The notes under the pieces were generated by a model. It had not been told where the DNA came from. It made no database searches and was given only the letters and a program-made list of their open reading frames with translations. The translations under genes were made by a program, and so were the position numbers. This document shows positions 12,373 to 24,242 of a stretch of 64,000 nt of DNA, one piece after another (positions within the stretch are counted from its first letter, which is position 1; each line of letters starts with the position of its first letter). The stretch lies in the NCBI GenBank assembly GCA_951406725.2, contig OX597827.1:79050001-79114000 (forward strand), read 5' to 3'. The stretch is from Octopus vulgaris (taxonomy: Eukaryota).

Positions 12373-12784
12373 ACATTGAAAGTGTGTGTGTGTGTATATA
12401 TATATGTGTGTGTGTGTGTATGTTTGTGTGTGTGTGTGTGTGTGTCCCCACATATACACAGATATACATATATAAATATTCATACATATGCAGATATAAT
12501 CTCATTCTTACATACATACACATACATGCACACATATATATGTGAATATGTACGTACACACTTATACACGCGCGTGCGTGTGTGTTTATATACAATAGAT
12601 AGACTTAGGTGAACCCGAGCAGCACATTTTTCGTTTATCGAAACGAGATACTTAATTACTGAGAGTGCACAACGACTCAACAAGTAGTGGGGGCTATGAC
12701 TTTATGGGAATTAACCAAACGGGAGCAATGGACCACAAATTCACCTCTGAAAGAAAATATAGCAAAAATGCACCGTAAGTTATT

Positions 12785-12823
<39 letters not shown>

Positions 12824-13036
12824 CATGTGTGTGTGTGTGTGTGTGTGTGCATATCATATGTGTGTGTGTGTGTGCATATCATATGTGTGTGTGTGTGTGC
12901 ATATCATATGTGTGTGTGTGTGTGAGTTTTAATATGCACCTATTTAAAAAAACAAAATTGGGAGAAACACAATTTAAGGTAAACTGTTCAATATCATACT
13001 TCTAAGCAGAAGTATTTGTTTCTATCTATCTATCTG

Positions 13037-13067
<31 letters not shown>

Positions 13068-13124
13068 CTCTCTCTCTCTATCTACCTATCTATCTATCTA
13101 TCCATCTATCTACCTATCTCTCTG

Positions 13125-13236
<112 letters not shown>

Positions 13237-14482
13237 CCTATCTATACACAAACACATACCACATATACATATATCTATGTGTATATCTTTTTTATCAACA
13301 GATGTGTGTATGTATATATTACAAAACACAATATTGATATATTTGCATGTGTTACTATACACACATGCTCATTAATATGTATATATAATATATATACACG
13401 TTCACTCATTTCATCTTTTCCCTCTTTCTCCCTCTCTCTCTCTCTCTCTCTTCCTCGCTCTCCTCTCTCCATTCCCCATCTCTTTCTGCTACTCTCTCCC
13501 TCTCTTTCAATTCCTTCTCTTTTTCCTTTCTCTCTCTCTCTCTCATTCTATACTCTTCTCTGCTTCTTAATACTGATCCCTAAATCCCTACACTCTCTCT
13601 TTTCTCCTCCCTCGTTCCCTCATATACTCATTTGTATTTTTTAACCATTTTCTCTCTTTCTCTCCTTTGTCGTCAGTAAGACAGGCATGAACATCACAAC
13701 AGCTCAGTTCTTAAATCTATGCAAAAACCCAAAACACCATCAATCACGTTATAACCTGTCTCCCTCTCTATCCTCCTCCTCCTCCTCCTCCTCCCACTTA
13801 TCCTAGCCTCTACCCCACCCTCTTACTCCTGCTCCACCTTAATCCATACCTCTCCCCCTGACCCTTTTTCTTCCCCTCCACTGCACGTTCACGTGAATCC
13901 ACTGCAATTGCCCACCTCTCTCTCTCGTCTCCCTATTATTCCACACCTCATCCCTCCCTCTCATTGAATCCCCCTCCCTCTCTCTCTCTCTCTCCTCGTC
14001 TCTCCTCTTCCCCTGTCGCCGTCCTCTCCCACTCTCTTTATCTGTCAGAGTCATGTGCTTATTATCAATTTCTAACTGGATCATCTGTCGTCTGCTTGTT
14101 AATGGTCGCCTTGGTTACAGTGCACGGTGCGCGTGTTCGATGCTAATGGAATGCAGTGCTGTACACAGAGTGCAGCAAGTGCCGGTAACCATTGCATGAT
14201 GCTGCATTGCAAGAGACCAAGGGACTGAATGGCAGCAAAGGGATTTCAACAAAGGATGGGGTTTAGTAGGGCAGTGAATGATGACAGGGGACGTTAGAAA
14301 ATATGGAAGGACAGACAGGGAATAACCCCAGAATAATTGTCAACTGTGGCCAGTTTATTAGAGGAAAGACTAAATATTTGGTTGGCTTATGGCTTGATCT
14401 GAGATTGAAACAGAAACAGTTATATCACTGCCCTAGCAGCCGTTTAAATCATATAACCTACCATTAGAGTCATGTCCTCTTC

Positions 14483-14885
14483 CGCCAAGGTTGACTTTGC
14501 CTTTCATCCTTTCGGGGTCGATAAATTAAGTACCTATTTCTTTATTACCCACAAGGGGCTAAACACAGAGGGGACAAACAAGGACAGACATAGGTGTTAA
14601 GTCGATTACATCGACCCCAGTGCATAACTGGTACTTAATTTATCGACCCCAAAAGGATGAAAGGCAAAGTCGACCTCGGCGGAATTTGAACTCACAACGT
14701 AACGCAGACGAAATACCGCTAAGCATTTCGCCCGGCGTGCTAACGTTTCTGCCAGCTTGCCACCTTATATTAAGTAAATTAAGTACCAGTTATGCACTGG
14801 AGTCGATGTAATCGACTTAATCCCTTTGTCTGTCCTTGTTTGTCCCCTCTGTGTTTAGCCCCTTGTGGACAATAAAGAAATAAGA
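14483..14885. mobile_element. S2 SINE (+) interrupted by a second S2 SINE (-, about 14535-14765)
   Basis: The plus copy resumes after the insert; TAAATTAAGTACC is duplicated on both sides of it. Confidence 0.85.
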
Positions 14886-15256
14886 AATTAGAGTCATGTC
14901 TTGTTTACAGTGTAATACTTTCCGATATCATTAAATATAATCTTGTTATATATTATACAGTTATATATTACATTATATATGTGTTATGTTATATACAGTT
15001 ATATATTGATTCATCTGTGACTCAGTCATGGATAGTCCATCCGACTGTATCTGTTGTTGTGGACAGCTCAGTTGATTGACCACCAATATCAATGACCAGG
15101 TCACTGGCTGTGAGGTTCATTATAAAAACACTGTATTAGGGTGAAGGCACATGGCTGAATGGTTAGGGTATTCAGCCCACGATTGTAAGGTCCTATGTTC
15201 AATACCTTGTGGCACATTTTATTTGGTGTTGCTCCAGTCCCCTATTAGATTTTATT

Positions 15257-15468
15257 GGTTTCAAACTTTGGCACAAGGCCAGCAATTTTGAGAAAAGGAT
15301 TAAGACGATTACATTGACCCCAATATTCAACTGGTACTTATTTTAATGACCCTGAAAGGATGAAATGCGAAGTCGACCTTGATGGTATTTGAACTCAAAA
15401 TGTAAAGATGGCTGAAACGCTGCAAAGCATTTTTCCTGGTGTGCTAACGATTTGACCAGCTCACCACC
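15257..15468 (-). mobile_element. SINE family S2
   Basis: Reverse match to the S2 head and core. Confidence 0.8.
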
Positions 15469-15659
15469 TGAACTATTTAGATATTATCAAATGCATCCAA
15501 CAGTCTGGTTAGGGGACATTCTAAGCTGGCTCGGTTTATTTACGCTTATTTGTCAACAGCAGGAAATTTTCCCCATCACAAAATACAGCGAAAGACTTCC
15601 TTATGGATTTGAACATGCCTCAGGCATGTTTGGACTGGTAACAAGTTATTATTAAATAT

Positions 15660-16555
15660 TCTTCTTTTTCTGTTTTGTTTCAGCCACTTGACTGCGGCCA
15701 TGCTGGAGCACCGCCTTTAGTTGAACAAATCGACTCCCAGAACTTATTCTTTGTAAGCCTAGTACTCAATCTATTGGTCTCTTTTACCAAACTGGTAAGT
15801 TACAGGGACGTAAACACACCAACTTTGGTTGTCAAGCAAAGGTGGGGGGACAAACACAGACACACAAACATATACATATATACATATATACTAGCAGTAT
15901 CGCCCGGCGTTGCTCGGGTTTGTAAGGGAAATAACTATATAAGCATTTTTAGAGAGTTACTTCCCTTATAAATTCGGGCTTTCTTAGCCATTTTTGTTTT
16001 GGTGTCTTCAAGCCATGAAGTCGTTGTTCTAAAAGAACGCTGGTTTCCTTCACAATGCATTACGACGTTGATTTCTTTACACTCCCTTCCCCACAGCTTC
16101 ACGAGGGAGGGAAGGGGGAGAAGCAAACAGGTGCAGCTGTGAGCGTGGACGCCAACTCCGCCGCCATCGACATACGATGCATTTTATGCATTAAAATGGA
16201 ATAAAAAATGATGTTAAATTATTTTTAAAATCGTAGACTCATCGTTGACGCGTGCTAATAGTCAGACGGGCTCGATATGAATCACGACTATAAGATACCC
16301 GAATTTGGTTAAACTGCACCGCAAAATGTGGGAGGAGTTAGGAATCTAAATCGAAGGGGACAGACACTCACACAACTAGAGTTTTATATATATAGATATG
16401 ACAAGCTTCTTTCAGTTTCTGTCTACCAAATCGACTCACAAGGCTTTGGTCAGCCTGAGGCTATAGTAGTAGACACTTGCCCAAGGTGCCACACAGTGGG
16501 ACTGAATCCAGAACCATGTGGTTGGGAAGCAAGCTTCTTACCACACAGCCACACC
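15660..16555 (-). mobile_element. SINE family S1 split by a Helitron
   Basis: Tail half 15660-15890, head half 16397-16555. Confidence 0.85.
15891..16396 (-). mobile_element. Non-autonomous Helitron
   Basis: Minus strand starts TC and ends CTAG, subterminal hairpin CCCGGC-GTT-GCTCGGG about 10 nt from the end, inserted between A and T, no TSD. Confidence 0.85.
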
Positions 16556-16822
16556 TGTCTATGCTTATATATAACCATTATATATTAAATGCTCTGATCA
16601 TACATCAATGAGTTCACCATTGATACTCCGTTGTTCTATACCTGTTTGTAGACAATTGTTGGTGAGGTGTTATGAGGCTATACCAGTCCATCCATGACCC
16701 AGTCATGGATAGTCCATCTGACTGTATCTATTGTTGTGGTCAGCTCAAACGATTGACCACCAATTTCAATGACCAGGTCACAGGTTGTGGGGGTTCATTG
16801 TATAAACACTTTGTATTAGAGT

Positions 16823-17080
16823 GAAGGCACGTGGCTTAGTGGTTAGGGTATTCAGCACACAATTGTAAGGTCATAAGTTCAATACCCAGTGGCACATACT
16901 TTATTTGACATTGCTCCAGTCCACTCTGCTGGCAAAAACACGTAGTACCTGTATTTCAAAGGGTCAGCTTTGTCACATTCTGTGTCAAACTGAATCTCCC
17001 TGAGAACTATATTAAGGGTACACATGTCTGTGGAGTGCTCAGCCACTTGCACATTAATTTTGTGAGCAGACTGTTCCACC
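16823..17080 (+). mobile_element. SINE family S4
   Basis: A box TGGCTTAGTGG, B-box-like AGTTCAATACC, body GGGTACACATGTCTGTGGAGTGCTCAGCCAC. Confidence 0.85.
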
Positions 17081-17655
17081 CTTATCATCATAACCAACAG
17101 AATGCCACTTGTATTAAATGTACAATCATATGTACAAGCATGGCTGAATACTCAAGAAAATTCTTTCAAAAATCATGTTTCCTGACTTGATCCTGCTTTG
17201 CAATATCTTAGCAATTTTTTTTACTATACACTCAGGTCAACCTAAGGCCTATAAGTAAAATCTTGATTTCCATATTTAAACTGCATTAAACTTTAGCAAG
17301 CTTACCTTTACCTATTCTGAGTTACTTGAAAGGTGATGTTCCCTTCCCTCTCTTCTATTTGTTGATACCTTTGTTCACCTACCAATGCGTTGTTTCCCTC
17401 TAAGGATGCTTATTTACCTATCCATTAAGATATTTCAACTGTTGTCCATTGCTTCAAATACATTTTAGTATTGTCATTCTAGCCTTTTTTTAAACAATCA
17501 CATATGATTTGTCCCAAAGAATCAACCTTTAAATAAGAGTTTTGCTTCTAATAGTGAAAGCTAGACGTATCTTTCAGAAAGCTCCATACTAATCTAACAT
17601 TATGCAGCATTCTAGGGGGTAACCCCCAACTCCATTGACTGGGTCACATATACCT

Positions 17656-17721
<66 letters not shown>

Positions 17722-18359
17722 GTTTATCATATTTGTATATAAATGATAGCTATCACTGTCAAATGTCCTGCCAGCATGTTCAGTGCTTTCACAAATTGTG
17801 TTTGGATGCTGTGGAGTAACTGGGAGCAGAATTTGACACCCTTTTGGTCCTTCTACCTTTGATGCAAAAAGATAAAGAAGAGTATGACAGTGAGATGCAA
17901 AAAGAGCTGCTGCCCCATCTGTTGGCTGGTCCCTAGTTTGAGCTTAGACTGGAACAAGGAGACAATGTGCTACCCTGCGCAGGAATTGAACAGATAACCT
18001 TATGATTGTGAATCTAACACCTTTGCCACTAGGCCATGTGCCTTCCCAGTATGTTGGCAGATTTGTATCTGTGTCTCCGTGACCAGATACAGAACATTAA
18101 ATACATGCACATACATGTCCGCATAGAGCTGCACACATTTATCCACTCACACACAGACGCATACGCATGTGAACACAATCATAACTTCACAACGTCATAA
18201 ATATAAAGTTTTTCTTTCATAATTTATCAATATTTGTTATTAATGTTATCCATAACCAATCAATAAATATAAATACAATCAATTCATGAACTCAATCTAT
18301 CAGAACAAAAATATCAAAGTTCATGATCTTGTGATGTGCAACCGTTCACCCACCACTTG

Positions 18360-19178
18360 TCTATAGTTACCATGAACCCTATAACAACAATTAGCCCAGT
18401 TGTTGCCATTAGCCCTAAAGCTACAATTAGAGTAGTGGGTCACATTAGCCCTATAACTACTGTTAACCCAATAGTTACCATTAGCCCCCTAGCTATCATT
18501 AGCACTATAAATATGATTAACCCTATAGTTACCATTTGTTCTACTACTACTATTAGCCTTAATACTGTCATTAGCCCAATAGTTACCATTAGCCCTTGTG
18601 AAGGCATATGGCTTAATGGTTAGGAGTGTTCAATTCGTGATTGTAAGGTTGTAAGTTCAATATTAGGTTGTGTGTTGTGTCCTTGAGCAAGACACTTTAT
18701 TTCATGTTGCTCCACTCCATTCAGCTGGCAAAAATAAATTGCACCTGTAATTCCAAAGGGCCAGCCTTGTCACAGTCTGTGTGTCACACTGAATCTCACT
18801 GAGAACTATGTTAAGGGTACACATGTCTGTGGAGTACTCAGCCACTTGCATGTTAATTTCATGAGCAGCTTGTTCTGTTTTTCAGTTCCACTGGAACTGA
18901 ACATCATTGTAACTGATGGAGTGTCAGTTACATTAGCCTTGTAGTTGCCATTGGCCCTGTAGTTACCATTAGCCCTAAAGTTACCATTAGCCCTATAGCT
19001 ACTATGAACCCTCATAGCTAATAGTAGCCCTATAGCTATCACTATAACTACCATTAACCCTCAAAGTGCCATTATAGTCCCATAGTAATATTAGCTCTAT
19101 AACCCTAAAATTGCTAAAAGCCCTACAACTGTCCTTAGCCCTACAGTTACCATTGACTCTATGGAAACCATTAGCCTT
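18360..19178. repeat. Degenerate 18-bp minisatellite (consensus about CCATTAGCCCTATAGTTA) interrupted by an S4 SINE
   Basis: Recurrent ATTAGCCC/ATTAACCC at about 18-bp spacing in 18360-18597 and 18926-19178. Confidence 0.8.
18598..18925 (+). mobile_element. SINE family S4
   Basis: tRNA-like head, CORE-like GTGTCCTTGAGCAAGACACTTTA, S4 body. Confidence 0.88.
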
Positions 19179-19401
19179 GTACTTACACACACCAAAAGTG
19201 GGATGTTTGCAGAGGAAATGTCTATGACCTTAAAAATGCCAGTTCAAAGCCAACCAGAGACAAGACAGCAACAATGCACTCACGAGATAAAATATCACCA
19301 CCCAGGACACAATGTACTTCTGCAAACATACTGCACTCATAGAAGTGCAGCCTAAGGCTTTGTCAGCCGGAAGAAATGAATAAGAGCAAATTTGAATCTA
19401 T

Positions 19402-19533
<132 letters not shown>

Positions 19534-19799
19534 CCACAGTAGTGAACAGACTGCAAAACTTTTAAACTTCATAAAATTCAAATTGCTCAAATTTATAGAC
19601 TTGATACTATAAATTATATTTATTGATTGAATCAATAAATATAATTTTGCTATATTTAGAGAGATTAATATAATTATTTCTTAAAATACACAATGAATGC
19701 ATTTTTAAGAAAGAAATCTACATGAGATTTCAATAAACGAGTTTGTACCATCATTGCCATCATCTTCCTTGTCACCATCATAGTTCTCATTGACCCTAT

Positions 19800-20027
19800 C
19801 ACCACCACCACCACCACCACCACCACCACCACCACCACCACCACCACCACCACCACCACCACCGCCCCGCCACCACCACCACCACCACCACCACCGCCAC
19901 CACCACCACCACCGCCGCCGCCGCCGCCGCCACCACCACCACCACCACCACCACCACCACCACCACCACCACCACCACCACCACCACCACCACCACCACC
20001 ACCACCACCACCACCACCACCACCACC
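19800..20027. repeat. (CCA)n/(CCG)n microsatellite
   Basis: Directly visible. Confidence 0.98.
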
Positions 20028-20929
20028 TAATACTATGTGTAGAATAACTTTGTCTATCACTTACCCCCTATTTTTATTCACCCCTATTCTTTTCACGGCA
20101 TCAGGCTGTCTGTATGACGAAGGGTCGTATGTGATCTGTCCACACCATTCAGTTCCACACCATTCTTCTTCCAGTGCTTTACCTCTCTTCCACCATTCAC
20201 CCTCAATAACTCTGTCTCCTTTCCATCTCAAGGCCTGACTAATGATTGATGACTTAACACCTGTCATATTCAGTACCTCCCACCGTCACCTCTTCTCTCC
20301 CTCTAGATACCATTCTTAGTCTTTCTTCTGCATGTGACACTTCATTGACATCTACCACTTCCTCTTACTGTCCCCTACTTCTGTCTTTATCCATCATTGA
20401 CCCCTCTTCCCAAAAAAGAAATTAATATAGATCCATGTTAGTCAATTAATGCCCTTTGGTTAATGAAGTTTTGAATTATTGTGTTTACACCACAGCGTCT
20501 CAAGGGAAGTTTATTTATTCTTAATGATTTTGTAAACTTGTGGTGTCTGAATGTGCATACAAACTTAACTTCACACACATAGATGCACATGCATGTGTAC
20601 GTACAGTTAATCATAGATATACATATATGCACACATACTTGCATAAACACACTCACACACTGGTACATGCATACATTTGTACATATATACACATATTCAC
20701 ATATATATGCATGCCTGCAGATGCACCCACATATACACATATACATATATATCTCAACATACATACATACATATATATATATATAAATCAATGTTGTTAT
20801 CGTGCATTGCCTGTGCAAGAAGATTTTTTTTTAAAGTGAGGAAAGGCTGTGCACTGAGTCAATCCCACTCACTAAGCAACAGCAGCCATAATCCGAAAAG
20901 AAGAACAAGTCAACATCATCGGTAACCAC

Positions 20930-21295
20930 TGAGGCACAGGTTTTATGTTGGAGTTATCCCAGTTACCTGAGTTACCTTCTCCTAGAAGGATGTCCTAACA
21001 AAGGCTAGGAGTCCTTCACTCCCAATGGTTTAACCATGCGATCGGGTATTCAGTCCAATTATGTCTATGTCCCCGCGCATGATACAGCCTTAAGACATTT
21101 ATTGGATGGCCGTTCACACTCAAGAGTTCCTCCGCCCTTTGACAGGTTTTGTTTTTCATCCTGCAGGGTGTCCAATAAACCCCTCCGCACCAAGCAAGCT
21201 TGGTGGGGTTGCTGGTTTAGTCGCCGACGACCCGACCATGCAACAGGTTGTACTGGGTTACATGTTACCAGTAGCACTCGAAAGTGACCTAACAT
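20930..21295 (-). mobile_element. Probable structured 5' leader of an RTE-type LINE
   Basis: Minus strand CTAGCCTTTGTTAGGACATCCTTCTAGGAGAAGGTAACTC resembles RTE 5' UTR motifs (from memory); partial second copy near 31240-31335 (GGGTGTCCAATAA..CCCCTCC.CACCAAG). Confidence 0.5.
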
Positions 21296-21488
21296 AATAT
21301 ATATTTGTCCTTTCCTCTCAGAACCTTACAGTGGTTCGGAGCAATTGAATTTTAGTCAGTCAGTTGATAAGCTCCACCACCTCAAATGTTCTTAAAATTT
21401 AAATCCACATCTTTGTCTATATATCTACATTCTCTATAATGTTACCACTTGATATGAAAATTATGTATTAATGGAAAACCTCTATTAA

Positions 21489-21572
21489 TGGCTGATGAGT
21501 GCTCAACATTTTAAAACTGTTGTAATACTTGCAACATTTAATAAAATGATGTAGTGCGAAACGATCGTACCA
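21489..21572 (+). ncRNA. Type I hammerhead ribozyme candidate with canonical core and long stem II
   Basis: Stem I TGG/CCA; CTGATGA 21492-21498; stem II GTGCT..CATTTTA..TGTTGTAA-TAC-TTGCAACA..TAAAATG..AGTGC; GAAA 21558-21561; palindromic stem III ACGATCGT; GUA cleavage triplet ending at 21569. Confidence 0.75.
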
Positions 21573-21605
21573 AATCACTGGAGTTATTCTTGTTGCTTAT
21601 TTTGA

Positions 21606-21654
<49 letters not shown>

Positions 21655-21948
21655 CATATATATATACACACACACACACATGTTCATATGTACACATACA
21701 TACATGCTTAAAATATATCTTCATATATCCATAATTAATTACGTATGCGTGTGGGTGTATGCATACATTCACATAAGTACAAGAAAAAGGAAAGTATTTT
21801 GCTTAGTTGAATGTAAAAAAATCATAAGAGGGGAGAGAATGATGTAAGTGGAGAATAATTTAGAAGATTACCAATGTGTATATAAATAGGCACATATTAA
21901 TCTAAATTATATATATATATATATATATATGTATATACATGTATACAG

Positions 21949-21987
<39 letters not shown>

Positions 21988-22290
21988 CATATAAATAAAT
22001 ATAATTCAATTTTGTTTAGTTGTATGTAAAAAATTGAGCATTAATTGAAACGGCTGTAGGTAAAGATAACTAATTTGCTGTTAATGATAAACAATTATTA
22101 ACTTCCTAATCTCCATTTTCTTTTTCTTCTTTTAAATGAATATAAACTATATGTTTTTATTTACACCTATTATTTTCAGGAAATTAACTCCCCCAAAATA
22201 CGAGGTATTGAACCAGGATTTCCTTGGATGAAACCATCCCATCATGAGGTTTACATATCCTCTAATTAAATTTAATTATATATACATATA

Positions 22291-22457
22291 CAGGGTGTTC
22301 AAAAAGTCTCTCCGCTGTAAGTATTTTATTGCAAAATAAATATTTATAAGATGGCATAAGACTACAAAAGAATATATTAGACTTTACAAAATTTAATTTC
22401 TTTTTTCCTGCCGTGTGAACACTTCTTTCACTGCGGAGAAACTTTTTGAACACACTG
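22291..22457. mobile_element. Tc1/mariner-type MITE
   Basis: TIRs CAGGGTGTTCAAAAAGTCTCTCCGC and GCGGAGAAACTTTTTGAACACACTG; TA on the left, TG on the right. Confidence 0.85.
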
Positions 22458-22471
22458 TGTGTATATATATT

Positions 22472-22720
22472 ATCATCATCATCATCGTTTAAAGTCCGTT
22501 TTCCATGCTAGCATGGGTTGGATGGTTCGACCGGGGTTTGGGAAGCTAGGAGGCTGCACCAGGCTCCAGTCTGATCTGGCAGTATTTCTACAGCTGGATG
22601 CCCTTCCTAACACCAACCACTCCATGAGGGTAGTGGGTGCTTTTTATGTGCCAGGGGAGGCTGGCAATGGCCACGATCAGTTGGTGCTTTTTACGTGCCA
22701 CCAACACAGAAGCCAGTCAA
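22472..22720 (-). mobile_element. RTE 3' end / S3
   Basis: (CAT)n tail plus S3 block. Confidence 0.85.
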
Positions 22721-23084
22721 GGTATATATATATATATATATATATATGGTTGAATATTAGTTATGCAATGACGCTTGATCGCGTACATATTTAATCCTAA
22801 CACTCACAAATTTATAACTCGGAGTATTACACTGAGGAGAACAATAGGTAAATATAATTTACTTTAAGTTTGAAACGAGTTTCTGATTAACTGAAGTCGT
22901 GTGAACTCATCATTTTTCTTTTTACCTACATAAAAAAATGAGTGTTTTTGTCTCGGAGATTTTTATGGTAGTTGAAAAGACATTAGCATCTATTTCTAAT
23001 TCAGTACGTGGTGAGGCACTTAGCTGACCCATGATTATAATTATGTATATAATTATAGAATATTATATATATATATATATATAT

Positions 23085-23494
23085 TCTTTTATCTTTATCT
23101 TTTACTTGTTTCAGTTATTTGACTGCGGCCATGCTGGAGCACCACCTTTAGTCGAGCAAATCGACCCCTTGAATTATTCTGTGTAAGCCTAATACTTATT
23201 CTGTTGGCCTCTTTTGCTGAACCACTAAGTTACGGGGACGTAAACACACCAGCATTGGTTGTCAAGCGATGTTGGGGGGACAAACATATACACACAATCA
23301 CACACACACACTCATATATATATATATACATATACGACGGGCTTCTTCCACTTTCCATCTACCAATCCACTCACAAGGCTCTGGTCAGCCCGAGGCTATA
23401 GTAGAAGACACTTGCCCAAGGTACCATGTAGTGGGAATGAATCCATTACCATATGGTTGATAAGCAAGCTACTTACCACACAGCCACTCATGCA

Positions 23495-23495
<1 letters not shown>
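23085..23495 (-). mobile_element. SINE family S1, full length
   Basis: Reverse match from tail to head. Confidence 0.9.
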
Positions 23496-23563
<68 letters not shown>

Positions 23564-23694
23564 GCATGTATGTATGTGTGTGTATGGGTGTGTGCATATA
23601 TACATATGTAATTAAAAACAGATAATGATATAAATAATAGTATGTAAAAATGACATCAACAATATTTGTCTATATCTATGTCTGTTCACAAACA

Positions 23695-23771
<77 letters not shown>

Positions 23772-24127
23772 TGTGCCACAGAATATCTTCTTGTTTCCAG
23801 TAAGTCTCCATAGTTAGTCTTCTCAGTTCACTGTGCCCTTTGTATATTTCTGGTTTGAAAATGTGTTCACGATGTATTTTGAGAAATAATCATTATATGA
23901 ATCACTTTAAACGGAACGAAAACTATATCTGCTCATGTACTTTAGAGAGAGAAGTCTACTCAAAACAGAGAAATTGTTTTGATATTTCACAGCATTACAG
24001 TCACCAGTCTGTGTGTGTGTGTGTGTGTGTGTGTGCATGCGCGCGCACACATGTGTGTAGGTACCCATGCTAGCATGGAAAGCGGACGTTAAACGATGAT
24101 GATATATATATATATATATATATATTT

Positions 24128-24242
24128 TAGTATGTGACCTCGTGTAGACTACCTGCTATTTTTTTTTCCTCTGTCCTCCCATCTCGGGATGTTTCTTTCT
24201 CCTATGTTTCCGACGAAGAGCTCCGCTCGAAACGTCAAACCT
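24128..24242 (+). mobile_element. PLE-like terminal remnant family P3 with minimal hammerhead (24206-24240)
   Basis: GTTT-CCGACGA-A-GAGC-TCC-GCTC-GAAA-C-GTC-AAAC; homologous to 39533-39735. Confidence 0.65.
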
